This document shows positions 28,181-36,523 of a stretch of DNA of 64,000 nucleotides, piece by piece. The first letter of the stretch is position 1; each line of letters starts with the position of its first letter. The stretch is from Rubrobacteraceae bacterium (GTDB lineage: Bacteria > Actinomycetota > Rubrobacteria > Rubrobacterales > Rubrobacteraceae): assembly GCA_036519775.1 (NCBI GenBank), contig DATDKT010000093.1, forward strand, positions 17 to 64,016. Direction: 5' to 3'. Made by a program: the position numbers and the translations under genes. Under the pieces are notes generated by a model. That model was not told where the DNA came from, made no database searches, and saw nothing but the letters and a program-made list of their open reading frames with translations.

Positions 28181-28654
28181 TTGGACGTTTTCGTAGAGTT
28201 GGCGAGGGGTGCGCTCTTCGTGGCGCTCGCCGTGGCATTCCTGGTGCTGGCGTGGATGTTCTTGCGGCTCGCCAGAATCTTCTCCACCACCGAGGAGACC
28301 ATCAAAGAGGTCTCCGAGCAGGTCGTGCCGCTCCTCGGTAAGACGCACGTCACAGTGGACAATATAAATAGCCAGCTCTCCCAACTCGATACCGCCGTCG
28401 GCGACGTCGCCGACATCACCGGCGAGCTAGACCAGACGACGGCCGTGATCACACGCGGCGTGCGTGGCGGGGTCATCAAGGTCTCCTCCGCAACCGCAGG
28501 CCTCTCGAGGGGTATCAGCGCCTTTTTCGGCTCGGAAGGCCGGATGGGGGACCAGGCCGAGGACCGCACTGGAGCCCAAAGCCGGACCGTAGTCGAGCGG
28601 GCGATGGGACCGGAGGATGCCACGGTCCCGCCGGAAGAAGAGGAGAGGTTCTAA
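28181..28654 (+). CDS. DUF948-family membrane-anchored protein
   Basis: 157 aa with an N-terminal TM helix and then a coiled-coil (TEETIKEVSEQVVPLLGKTHVTVDNINSQLSQLD) typical of DUF948. TATAAT lies at 28137-28142 and an SD (ggagg) is upstream. Confidence 0.7.
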   Translation: MDVFVELARGALFVALAVAFLVLAWMFLRLARIFSTTEETIKEVSEQVVPLLGKTHVTVDNINSQLSQLDTAVGDVADITGELDQTTAVITRGVRGGVIKVSSATAGLSRGISAFFGSEGRMGDQAEDRTGAQSRTVVERAMGPEDATVPPEEEERF

Positions 28655-28657
28655 GAG

Positions 28658-28993
28658 GTGCGCGGTTTGGGGAAGTTGGTCGCAGGCGCCGTTATCGGGG
28701 CGGCAGGGGCCCTGTACGCGACGAACGAGGAGTTCCGTAAAGCTCTGCCCGAACGCGCACGTGAGCTTCCGGTAGCGGCCCAGCGGCGCTTTCGGGCGTC
28801 GGTGGCGGCGGCTCGGGAGGCTTCGGCGTTGCGGCGGGCGGAGATCCTGCGAGATCTCAAAGCGCACGGCGGAGACCACGCCGAACGCGAGGTGCTGGAG
28901 GCGGCGTCGGGCGTACCGCCAGAGACCCCACCAGAGACCCCGGCCTCTCCCCGTATCGTCGAAGAGCCCGTAGTACGCACGGAAGACGTTTAG
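28658..28993 (+). CDS. YtxH-like general-stress-type protein
   Basis: 111 aa. The N-terminus GKLVAGAVIGAAGALYATNEEFRK resembles the YtxH family. Adjacency to DUF948 mirrors the Firmicute ytxG/ytxH arrangement. Confidence 0.55.
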   Translation: MRGLGKLVAGAVIGAAGALYATNEEFRKALPERARELPVAAQRRFRASVAAAREASALRRAEILRDLKAHGGDHAEREVLEAASGVPPETPPETPASPRIVEEPVVRTEDV

Positions 28994-28997
28994 GCAA

Positions 28998-29327
28998 TTG
29001 GGAAACACGAGCGAGGAGGAAAACGGTTTGGCATACGCCGAAGCTGCTGCCGACTACACGTACCTGACGCTCCCGCCGGACGGCCCTTTACGCTCCTGTA
29101 TCGGCCTCGTGGTCGCCGGGTTGGCGGCCAGGGCCAGGATAGGGGTTGCGGGGCTCGAAGAGGCCGTCGAGCTCCTCGAAAGCCAGCACTCCATGGAGGG
29201 ACCGACCCGGTATCGTTTCTCCATAAAGGACGACGGCCTCGTCGCCGAGGTCGAGGACGGTGGGATAACCGAGCTTCGGAGCGACAGCGGGACCGGTTGG
29301 CGCACCGTGGTAGAGATGGTCGCGTGA
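28998..29327 (+). CDS. short RsbW/SpoIIAB-like protein (candidate anti-sigma factor lacking the ATP-lid half)
   Basis: 109 aa. YLTLPPDGPLRSCIGLVVAGLAARARIGVAGLEEAVELLESQH...TRYRFSIKDDGLVAEVEDGG follows the N-terminal pattern of RsbW-type anti-sigma kinases. Its stop overlaps the sigma-gene GTG (GTGA). Confidence 0.4.
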   Translation: MGNTSEEENGLAYAEAAADYTYLTLPPDGPLRSCIGLVVAGLAARARIGVAGLEEAVELLESQHSMEGPTRYRFSIKDDGLVAEVEDGGITELRSDSGTGWRTVVEMVA

Positions 29328-30139
29328 GACGCTACCGGAGACCGGACAAGGCGCGGACCAAGCGTTTGCTCGTGCGCTACCACAAGCAGGGCGATCAGAG
29401 GGCGCGCGAGCAGGCCATTCAGGAGCAACTCCCGCTCGTCGAGTTCCTGGCGAGGAAGTTCGCCGGTCGCGGCGAGCCGGTCGAGGACCTCATGCAGGTC
29501 GCCTCCGTCGGGCTCATAAAGGCCGTGGACCGCTTCGACGTGGACCGCCAGATAGAGTTCTCCACTTACGCGACGCCGAACATCCTGGGCGAGATCAAGC
29601 GCTACTTCCGCGACAAAGGCTGGGCGATGCGCGTGCCCCGCGGCCTCCAGGAGCTGAGGCAGTCTGCCAAGGAGGCCATCCGCGACGGCACCGTAAAGAC
29701 CGGCCGCTCGCCCACCATTCAGGAGCTAGCCGAGACCCTTAGCTCGGACGTCGAGAGCGTCGCCGAAGCCTTGACGCTGGGCCGGGCCTACAACACCGCG
29801 AGCCTGGATGCGCCCGTGAGTCAGGACGATCGGGAGGGTGACACCATCATGGACCTGCAGGCCGACGAGAACTCTCCGATAGAAGGCCTGGAAGACAAGA
29901 TCCTCCTGCAAAAGGCGATGGAGAACCTGAAAGAGCAGCAGCAGCAGATCCTCAAGCTGCGCTTCAACGAGGGCAAGACCCAGACCGAGATCGCCGAGAC
30001 CATCGGTGTGAGCCAGATGCATGTCTCTCGTCTCCTCCGTCGCGCGATCGACGACCTCAGGCGCCAGCTCGGGGAGATGGAAGAAGCGCAGGGCAACGGG
30101 TACGGCGAGCGCCTCGGCGAGCTAGAGAACAAGGTCTGA
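29324..30139 (+). CDS. RNA polymerase sigma factor, SigB/SigF/SigG (group 3) type
   Basis: Region 2 is EDLMQVASVGLIKAVDRFD...FSTYATPNILGEIKRYFRD and region 4 HTH is TQTEIAETIGVSQMHVSRLLRRA. I prefer the GTG at 29324 because it is coupled to the upstream stop. The ORF opens at 29297. Confidence 0.9.
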   Translation: MRRYRRPDKARTKRLLVRYHKQGDQRAREQAIQEQLPLVEFLARKFAGRGEPVEDLMQVASVGLIKAVDRFDVDRQIEFSTYATPNILGEIKRYFRDKGWAMRVPRGLQELRQSAKEAIRDGTVKTGRSPTIQELAETLSSDVESVAEALTLGRAYNTASLDAPVSQDDREGDTIMDLQADENSPIEGLEDKILLQKAMENLKEQQQQILKLRFNEGKTQTEIAETIGVSQMHVSRLLRRAIDDLRRQLGEMEEAQGNGYGERLGELENKV

Positions 30140-30159
30140 AAAAGCGCGACGGCCGCTAG

Positions 30160-30165
30160 TAGAAT
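30160..30165 (+). promoter_or_regulatory. candidate -10 box (TAGAAT), leaderless geometry for alaS
   Basis: TAGAAT, then a 7-nt non-SD spacer (accctcc), then the ATG at 30173. Confidence 0.35.
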
Positions 30166-30172
30166 ACCCTCC

Positions 30173-32806
30173 ATGCAGAGCCACGAGATACGGGAGAAAT
30201 TCCTCGACTTTTTCGAGGAGAGGGGCCACCGGCGCTACCCGAGCTCCTCGCTAGTACCGCACAACGATCCCACGGTCCTCCTTACCACCGCCGGGATGCA
30301 GCAGTTCTTAACCTACTTCACCGGTCAGGAACGCCCCCCAGACCCTCGCGCCACGAGCGTCCAGAAATGCTTTCGCACGGTGGACCTCGAAGAGGTCGGG
30401 GACTCGACGCACCTCACCTTTTTCGAGATGCTCGGCAACTTCTCGTTCGGTGACTACTTCAAGAAGGAGGCCATCGAGTGGGCCTGGGGGTTTCTCACTA
30501 AAGAGCTAAAGCTCCCGCCGGAACGGCTCTGGATCACGATCTTCGAAGGCAACGAGGATGCCCCTGAGGACCTGGAGGCAAAGGAACACTGGATGCGCGT
30601 GGGCGTCCCCGAACACCGCATCTTCGGTCTCCCCAGGAGCGAGAACTGGTGGGGACCGCCCGGGGATACCGGCCCCTGCGGACCGTGCTCGGAGGTCTAC
30701 TACGATTACGGCGAGGAGCTCTCCAAAGGAGACCCCGCCCTCGACCCAAAGTACGGTCCCGGCGGCGATGAGGGGGCTCCGCGCTTTATCGAGATCTGGA
30801 ACCTCGTCTTCAACCAGTACGAGCAGCAAAAGGACGGCTCCCTAACCCCCCTTGCCAAACCCGGCATCGATACCGGTCTGGGACTGGAGCGAACCGCCGC
30901 CGTCGCCCAAAACGTCCGCTCCGTCTACGAAACAGACCTCTACGCCCCAATCTTCGAGCGCATCCGCCAGACGAGCGGTGCAACCTTGGGCGTCTCGGAA
31001 GAGACCGATCGGGCGCTCTACGTGGTCGCCGACCACGCCCGCGCCATGGCCTTCCTCATCGCCGACGGCGTCAGACCCGGCAACCAGCGTCGCGAGTACG
31101 TTCTTAGACGCATTATACGCCGGGCAACTCTCCAGGCGTACTCGAAGCTCGGGATGGGGGCAGAGGGGGTGGCGGGACTCGCGGAGGTCGTGGCGAATCA
31201 CATGGGCAGCTTCTACGAGGAGCTTGAGAGCGCACGGGAGGACATCCGGAGAATCGTGACGTATGAGGCGACCCGTTTCATCGAGATCTACAGAAGCGGA
31301 CTGGAGCTCTTGGAGGCGGAGATAGGTCGCCTCTCCGGCGGGAACTTACCGGGCGACGTGGCGTTCACGCTGCACGACACCTACGGTTTCCCGGTGGAGG
31401 TCACGCGGGAGGTGCTCGCGGACCGGGGCATCTCCTTGGACGAGGCGGGCTTCGAGGAGGCTATGCGCCGGCAGCGCGAGCGGGCCAGGGAGGCTGTGCA
31501 GGGCCACGAGAGGCTCGTGGCGGCGTTCAGGGACAGGGAGATAAAGAGCCGGTTCGTTGGGTACGTGCGGGAGCAGGTCGAGACCAACGTCCTCGCCGTC
31601 GAGGAGGCGCCGGGTGGAGAGTTAAACGTGGTCCTGGCGGAGAACCCGTTCTACGCTACGGGCGGCGGGCAGGTGGCAGATGAGGGTTGGATCTCCTCTG
31701 AAAACGGCCAGCTCGAGGTCTTCGACGTGGTTCCGGCCGGCGGTTACCAGGTCATACGCGCGAGAGCCGAGCGCGGGCGCGTAGAGGAGGGCGACCGGGT
31801 GACCGCCTCCATAAACCGGGTGCGCCGCCACCAGATAGAGGCCAACCACACCGCAACTCACATCCTGCACTGGGCCCTGCGCGCCGTCCTGGGCAAGGAC
31901 GTCGTCCAGGCCGGCAGCTACGTCGGGCCTGACCGCTTGCGCTTCGACTACCGGTACACCGGCAGGGTGAGCGAGACGGACTTGCGGCGAATACAGGAGC
32001 AGTGCCTCCTCAAGATCACCGAGAACCAGCCCGTGCGCTACTACACGACCACGCTGGAGGAGGCGCGTAACCTCGGGGCGATGATGCTCTTCGGTGAGAA
32101 GTACGCAGACCTCGTGCGCGTCGTCGAGGTAGACGGCTTCTCGCGCGAGCTGTGCGGCGGCACCCACGTCCGGGTCACAGCTGAGGTAGGGGCTTTCAAG
32201 GTCATCTCCAACAGAAAGCATGGCGCCGACCTCTACCGCATCGAGGTCCTCACGGGCCGCGACGCGCTCTACTACCTCATCCGCGCCACCGAGAAGGCGG
32301 AGGAGGTCGCCAACTCCTTGCGTGTCGAGGTCGAAGGACTCTCCGAAGCGGTCGCGGGGCTCGAAGAAGAGGCTCGGGAGGCCCGAGAGGTCGCCAGGGA
32401 GCAGACCCTGAAGCAGGGTCTCGAAGAGGTAGGTTCCCTCGTCGAGAATGCCGAGCAGGTAGATGGGGCAGAGGTCGTGACCGGTCAGGTCGTGGCGGCG
32501 GACGTCAAAGGCCTGCGCCGGATCTCTGACGACGTAAAGAACCGCCTCTCGGGGCCGTCGGCTGTTGTGCTGGCCGCCGCGCTTGGTGGCAAGGCGGTCA
32601 TCGTCGCGAATTTGCACCCCGAGGTCTCCAGCAGGGTCCAGGCCGGCGAGCTCGTCCGGGAGCTCTCGAGTGTCCTCGGCGGCGGCGGGGGGGGCGGACC
32701 CACCATGGCTCAGGCCGGTGGGGGCGAGGTGGATGCCATCCCGCAGGCCCTCCTCAAAGCGAGGGACATCCTGGGCCAGAGGCTCGCCGGCCCCGTAGAG
32801 AGATAA
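30173..32806 (+). CDS. alaS: alanine--tRNA ligase
   Basis: 877 aa with FEMLGNFSFGDYFK, the editing-domain HTATHILH and the C-terminal DHHA1-like region. Confidence 0.97.
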   Translation: MQSHEIREKFLDFFEERGHRRYPSSSLVPHNDPTVLLTTAGMQQFLTYFTGQERPPDPRATSVQKCFRTVDLEEVGDSTHLTFFEMLGNFSFGDYFKKEAIEWAWGFLTKELKLPPERLWITIFEGNEDAPEDLEAKEHWMRVGVPEHRIFGLPRSENWWGPPGDTGPCGPCSEVYYDYGEELSKGDPALDPKYGPGGDEGAPRFIEIWNLVFNQYEQQKDGSLTPLAKPGIDTGLGLERTAAVAQNVRSVYETDLYAPIFERIRQTSGATLGVSEETDRALYVVADHARAMAFLIADGVRPGNQRREYVLRRIIRRATLQAYSKLGMGAEGVAGLAEVVANHMGSFYEELESAREDIRRIVTYEATRFIEIYRSGLELLEAEIGRLSGGNLPGDVAFTLHDTYGFPVEVTREVLADRGISLDEAGFEEAMRRQRERAREAVQGHERLVAAFRDREIKSRFVGYVREQVETNVLAVEEAPGGELNVVLAENPFYATGGGQVADEGWISSENGQLEVFDVVPAGGYQVIRARAERGRVEEGDRVTASINRVRRHQIEANHTATHILHWALRAVLGKDVVQAGSYVGPDRLRFDYRYTGRVSETDLRRIQEQCLLKITENQPVRYYTTTLEEARNLGAMMLFGEKYADLVRVVEVDGFSRELCGGTHVRVTAEVGAFKVISNRKHGADLYRIEVLTGRDALYYLIRATEKAEEVANSLRVEVEGLSEAVAGLEEEAREAREVAREQTLKQGLEEVGSLVENAEQVDGAEVVTGQVVAADVKGLRRISDDVKNRLSGPSAVVLAAALGGKAVIVANLHPEVSSRVQAGELVRELSSVLGGGGGGGPTMAQAGGGEVDAIPQALLKARDILGQRLAGPVER

Positions 32807-32808
32807 CA

Positions 32809-33282
32809 CTGTCCTCAGACTCCAGCTCCGGACGGGTCGCCGCCCTGGACCTCGGCGAAGCGCGTACCGGGGTAGCCATCTCTGATCCCGGCGGGATCCT
32901 CGCCCGGCCCCTGGAGGTGGTGCCCTCGGAACGGTTGGTCGGTTATCTCGAAACTCTCCTGGGGAACGAAGGCATAACGGAGATCCTAGTAGGGGTGCCG
33001 AGGAGGCTCGGTGGCGATGCCGGCTTTCAAGCGAAACGCGTTTTGGATAAACTAGACGCTCTAAGAGATAGGTTTCCTGAGGTGCGCTTCGTGGAGTGGG
33101 ACGAGCGTTTTACCACTCGCGTGGCCCGCTGCTCGCCGGGTGTATACCCCACCGGCTCTAATAAGGGAGGCTGGTGGGGACGGCGCAAGGGTAAGGAGAG
33201 AGGCGGGCGAGTAGACCACCTGGCGGCGGCCATCATGCTGCAGGAGTATCTGGATCTGAGGGGGACCTTTGAGGCGACATGA
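32809..33282 (+). CDS. ruvX: Holliday-junction-resolvase-like putative pre-16S rRNA nuclease (YqgF/RuvX)
   Basis: The conserved YqgF N-terminus GRVAALDLGEARTGVAISD is encoded in frame upstream of the first canonical start (GTG 32917). The only plausible initiators are CTG 32809 or ATA 32803. The 5-prime end is uncertain. Confidence 0.8.
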   Translation: MSSDSSSGRVAALDLGEARTGVAISDPGGILARPLEVVPSERLVGYLETLLGNEGITEILVGVPRRLGGDAGFQAKRVLDKLDALRDRFPEVRFVEWDERFTTRVARCSPGVYPTGSNKGGWWGRRKGKERGGRVDHLAAAIMLQEYLDLRGTFEAT

Positions 33283-34411
33283 CAGAGCTCGTCGTAGGCG
33301 CGAGAGGCGGGAGATCGACGAGCGCCTCTCGCCCGTGCGGCCCTCTGGCTCAGTGTCCAAGAGGCAGCGCCGTGGCATACCCAAGAAGCCGCGTAGTGGG
33401 CGCGGGTCTCGGGCCGGGGTTTCTTTGCTCGTCGTGACGCTGCTGTTCGTCGGCGTGACGTTGGGGGCTTACCTGATCTCGGGCGCGGGGCTTCGAGGGG
33501 AGGATGAGCCCGTGACGGTCGCGGTCGAACAGGGGGATACGCTCTCCAGCGTCGCCGGCAAACTCGAAGAGGCCGGCGTGGTAGGAAGCTCCCTGCTCTT
33601 CGAGCTCGAAGCCCGTTACGATGGTTGGGACAACGAGATAAAGCCCGGCGAGTACCGGTTCTTGCCCGGCGAAGAGAGCGAAGAAATCCTAAGGACCCTC
33701 TCCAGTGGTGATTCAATCTCGGCATTCACGATCACAATCCCCGAGGGCCTGACGCTGGAGCAGACGGCGCGGGTAGTCGAAGAGGAGAGTGGCGTCCCGG
33801 CCGAGGAATTCGAGGCCGCGGCCGAAAAGACCGACTACGACTATGCCTTCCTCGACGACCCTAACATCGGGACCACCGAAGGTTTCTTATTCCCCAAAAA
33901 GTACCAGTTCGAGGGGGAGACCAGCGCCGAGCAGATCGTGGACCGCCTCCTCGAACAGTACCTTGTAGAGAAGAGAGAACTCGGCTTCGAAGCGGCGAAG
34001 AAGCGACTGAACCTCACCGAGTACGAGCTCGTTACGGTCGCCTCCCTCGTCGAGAAAGAGTCCGCCAACCCTGAGGAACGCTCGCTCATAGCCGGCGTGA
34101 TCTACAACCGCATCCGCTCCGGTATGCCCCTGCAGATAGACGCTACTATTCGATACGTCCTGGGTAAGCCTAAAGAGAACCTTTCGCTCGACGACCTCGA
34201 GATCGAGTCACCCTACAATACCTACAAAAACCGCGGTCTGCCGCCCAGCCCGATCGCCAGCCCGAGCCAGGAGTCTATTCGCGCTGCACTGGAGCCCGCG
34301 GAGACCGACTACCTCTACTACGTCCTAGAGGCCGGCGGCAAGGAGCATTTCTTTACCGACGACTACGACGAGTTCCTCGAAGCCAAAGAAGAGGCCGAGG
34401 AGGAGCGTTAA
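33269..34411 (+). CDS. mltG: endolytic murein transglycosylase MltG (YceG family)
   Basis: 380 aa with an N-terminal TM anchor and YceG motifs (TEGFLFPKKY, ASLVEKES, YNTYKNRGLPPSPIASP). Confidence 0.9.
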   Translation: MRRHDRARRRRERREIDERLSPVRPSGSVSKRQRRGIPKKPRSGRGSRAGVSLLVVTLLFVGVTLGAYLISGAGLRGEDEPVTVAVEQGDTLSSVAGKLEEAGVVGSSLLFELEARYDGWDNEIKPGEYRFLPGEESEEILRTLSSGDSISAFTITIPEGLTLEQTARVVEEESGVPAEEFEAAAEKTDYDYAFLDDPNIGTTEGFLFPKKYQFEGETSAEQIVDRLLEQYLVEKRELGFEAAKKRLNLTEYELVTVASLVEKESANPEERSLIAGVIYNRIRSGMPLQIDATIRYVLGKPKENLSLDDLEIESPYNTYKNRGLPPSPIASPSQESIRAALEPAETDYLYYVLEAGGKEHFFTDDYDEFLEAKEEAEEER

Positions 34412-34426
34412 CCGCCGCCAGCAAGG

Positions 34427-34469
34427 TAGAATGGAACCATGAACGTGTACGGCTCCTCGTGGAGGAGCC
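34427..34469 (+). promoter_or_regulatory. candidate -10 box plus perfect 8-bp hairpin at the start of the aroE leader
   Basis: TAGAAT at 34427-34432, with an ATG 6 nt later at 34439. Hairpin ggctcctc-gtg-gaggagcc at 34451-34469. Confidence 0.35.
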
Positions 34470-34538
34470 TTCAGTCGACGCTGAGGTTTTGCGCCGTTTT
34501 ACCGGCAACGCACTCAAGGTCGCCGGCATTTCGATTCA

Positions 34539-35409
34539 GTGTTACGAGGACATGAGGTGCTGAGCGGGAGGACGAGACTGCTCGGCGTTATCGGGCATCC
34601 CATCGGCCACTCCCTGAGCCCGCGGATGCATAACGCCGCTTTCGCCCAGGACGGGACGAGGCTCGCCGGGGCGGACTACGTGTACGTGGCGATGGATGTT
34701 AGGCCGGAGCGTCTGCCCGCGGCCGTGTGGGGACTGGCGGCACTGAGGTTCGTCGGCTTCAACGTCACCATGCCTCACAAGGAGGCGATACTGCCACTCA
34801 TGGACGAGCTGGACACGCCGGCGTGCCTCGCAGGCGCCGTGAACACGGTGGTCGCAGAGGAGGGGAAGCTTCGCGGCCTCAACACCGACGGGAGCGGCTT
34901 CGTCGAGGCTTGCGAGGAGGCGGGAGTCTCTTTGGCGGGGCGGCGGGTGCTTATCTTGGGTGCCGGGGGGCAGCCGCCGCCATCGCCGTCGCGGCTTTGG
35001 GCGCGGGCGCTCCACGGCTCTGCATCGCCAACCGGACTGCCGGACGGGCCGAGGCACTGCGGGCGAAGCTCTCGGAGGCTGTACCCGAAGCCGAGGTTCT
35101 GATCTGCGCGCTCGATAAGGCTGGAGAACCAGCGGCGGAGGCGGAGATTATAATAAACGCGACGTACCTTGGGATGAAGAAGGAGGACCCTTTGCCGTTA
35201 CCCACCGAGACCCTCGCCGGTGAGAAGGTCGTGTGCGACGCGCAGTCTACCTCGCAGCTGGGGAGACTGCCCTGACCCGGCACGCAAAAGAGGTCGGGGT
35301 GCGGACCGTGTCCGGGAAGCGGTTGCTGCTCTACCAGGGGGTGCAGGCGCAGAGGGTCTGGACCGGCCGAGAACCAAACGTGGAGGCGATGAGTCGTGCG
35401 CTCGCCTAA
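34539..35409 (+). pseudogene. aroE: shikimate dehydrogenase, interrupted by two single-base-deficit frameshifts
   Basis: Frame 0 gives GVIGHPIGHSLSPRMHNAAF...NVTMPHK...NTDG...LILGAGG. The frame shifts at the G6 run 34965-34970 to frame 2 (AAAAIAVAALGAGAPRLCIANRT...VVCDA). It shifts again near 35243-35244 to frame 1 (VYLAAGETALTRHAKEVGVRTVSGKRLLLYQGVQAQRVWTG...). Start is GTG 34539 or 34557. Confidence 0.8.
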
Positions 35410-35709
35410 AGGGCCGGGGTCCTATCACGGGGCTCCATCCAAGGACTCGTGCACCCAGGGCAGGGCCCGGACAGAGCCGCCGTGGAACGTCGTCTTGCAC
35501 AACGACTGGCAGAACTCGGTAACGCGGGGGCCTGGGTGCTTGTCAGGACTATTCGCGGCATGATCGTCAAAAAGGCTACTAGGGTCGTGTGGGAGGCCCA
35601 CACCAAGGGCCAAGTGGTCGCCGAGACGTGTCACGAGGAGCTTGCCGAGCTCTACGAGCATCGCCTGCGCGAGAAGGGGCTGACCACGTCGATCGAACCG
35701 GCTGGTTGA
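35396..35709 (+). pseudogene. clpS: ATP-dependent Clp protease adaptor ClpS, interrupted by one single-base-deficit frameshift
   Basis: GTG 35396 (SD ggagg 8 nt upstream) opens frame 2, which gives ...PWNVVLHNDWQNSVTRG. The G5 run at 35526-35530 then shifts to frame 1, which gives AWVLVRTIRGMIVKKATRVVWEAHTKGQVVAETCHEELAELYEHRLREKGLTTSIEP. Confidence 0.7.
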
Positions 35710-35764
35710 CCCGCAACAGCACGAGGTCGGTCCGTCTCTTGACCCCTTTCTCGGAGGCTATAAG

Positions 35765-36523
35765 ATGCCTAGCATGGCGCAGCGGCTGCGGGCATTCCTG
35801 CGAGGGATCGGACCTGGGGGGAGTCGTACCGGCGCGACGGTGCTGCTGGTGGTTCTCACGCTGTTAGCCCTTGCGCTGGTTATGATCTTGTTTGGCCTTG
35901 TGTACGCTGGGCGGGAGGCTGCCGAGCAGGACGCAGGCGAAGACCAGTACACGATCACGTCTGGGCCGCAACCCGAGGACTTCCCCCTGATCTTCGACTC
36001 CGAGTTCACACCCTCTGACAGGCGTCCGCAGGAGATACCGGGGCTCTCGGAGATGGACGTAATCGGTTACCTGCAGTACGTTCCGGACACCAACTTCCGC
36101 TGTCTCGGCGCGTCGCCGGAACGGCGCTTGCTCAGGCGCACCTGCTTATCCTCTTCTGAGGAGGATCCCGCCACATACGAAGTCATCCTTGTGGAGGACA
36201 ACCCAGATACCGTCCTTTCGGTGGTGGCTACTGCCCGCGACGCGACCGACGTCGAGGCGGCGGAGGTCTTGGGGGACGTGGCGAGACTAGCCGTGGGCGG
36301 CTTGGGCCCTCTGGACGCTGAGACATGGGTGGAACGAACAATCTCCTCCGGGGGCCAATACGTCACCGAGGGTGCGGAGGTCAGGCTCTACGGTACCGAA
36401 GGGGCGAGGACATTGGAGATCGTGGGAACCGCTCCTACTCCGTTCGAGGGCCCCGAAACCACAGACCGGATCTTGAAAACCACCGAGGCGCCACCTAGCG
36501 TCCGCGGCACGGCAAGATCCTGA
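35765..36523 (+). CDS. hypothetical membrane-anchored protein
   Basis: 252 aa with a short basic N-terminus, one TM helix (ATVLLVVLTLLALALVMILFGLVYA) and an acidic extracytoplasmic part. SD (ggagg) lies 7 nt upstream. No family recognised. Confidence 0.5.
   Translation: MPSMAQRLRAFLRGIGPGGSRTGATVLLVVLTLLALALVMILFGLVYAGREAAEQDAGEDQYTITSGPQPEDFPLIFDSEFTPSDRRPQEIPGLSEMDVIGYLQYVPDTNFRCLGASPERRLLRRTCLSSSEEDPATYEVILVEDNPDTVLSVVATARDATDVEAAEVLGDVARLAVGGLGPLDAETWVERTISSGGQYVTEGAEVRLYGTEGARTLEIVGTAPTPFEGPETTDRILKTTEAPPSVRGTARS

Noticed and set aside
35220-35522. 100-aa ORF spanning the aroE/clpS junction, plus the 34727-35275 and 35449-35709 ORFs as independent genes.
   Set aside because: They are the out-of-frame pieces of frameshifted aroE and clpS. 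Their translations only make sense when spliced to the neighbouring frames.
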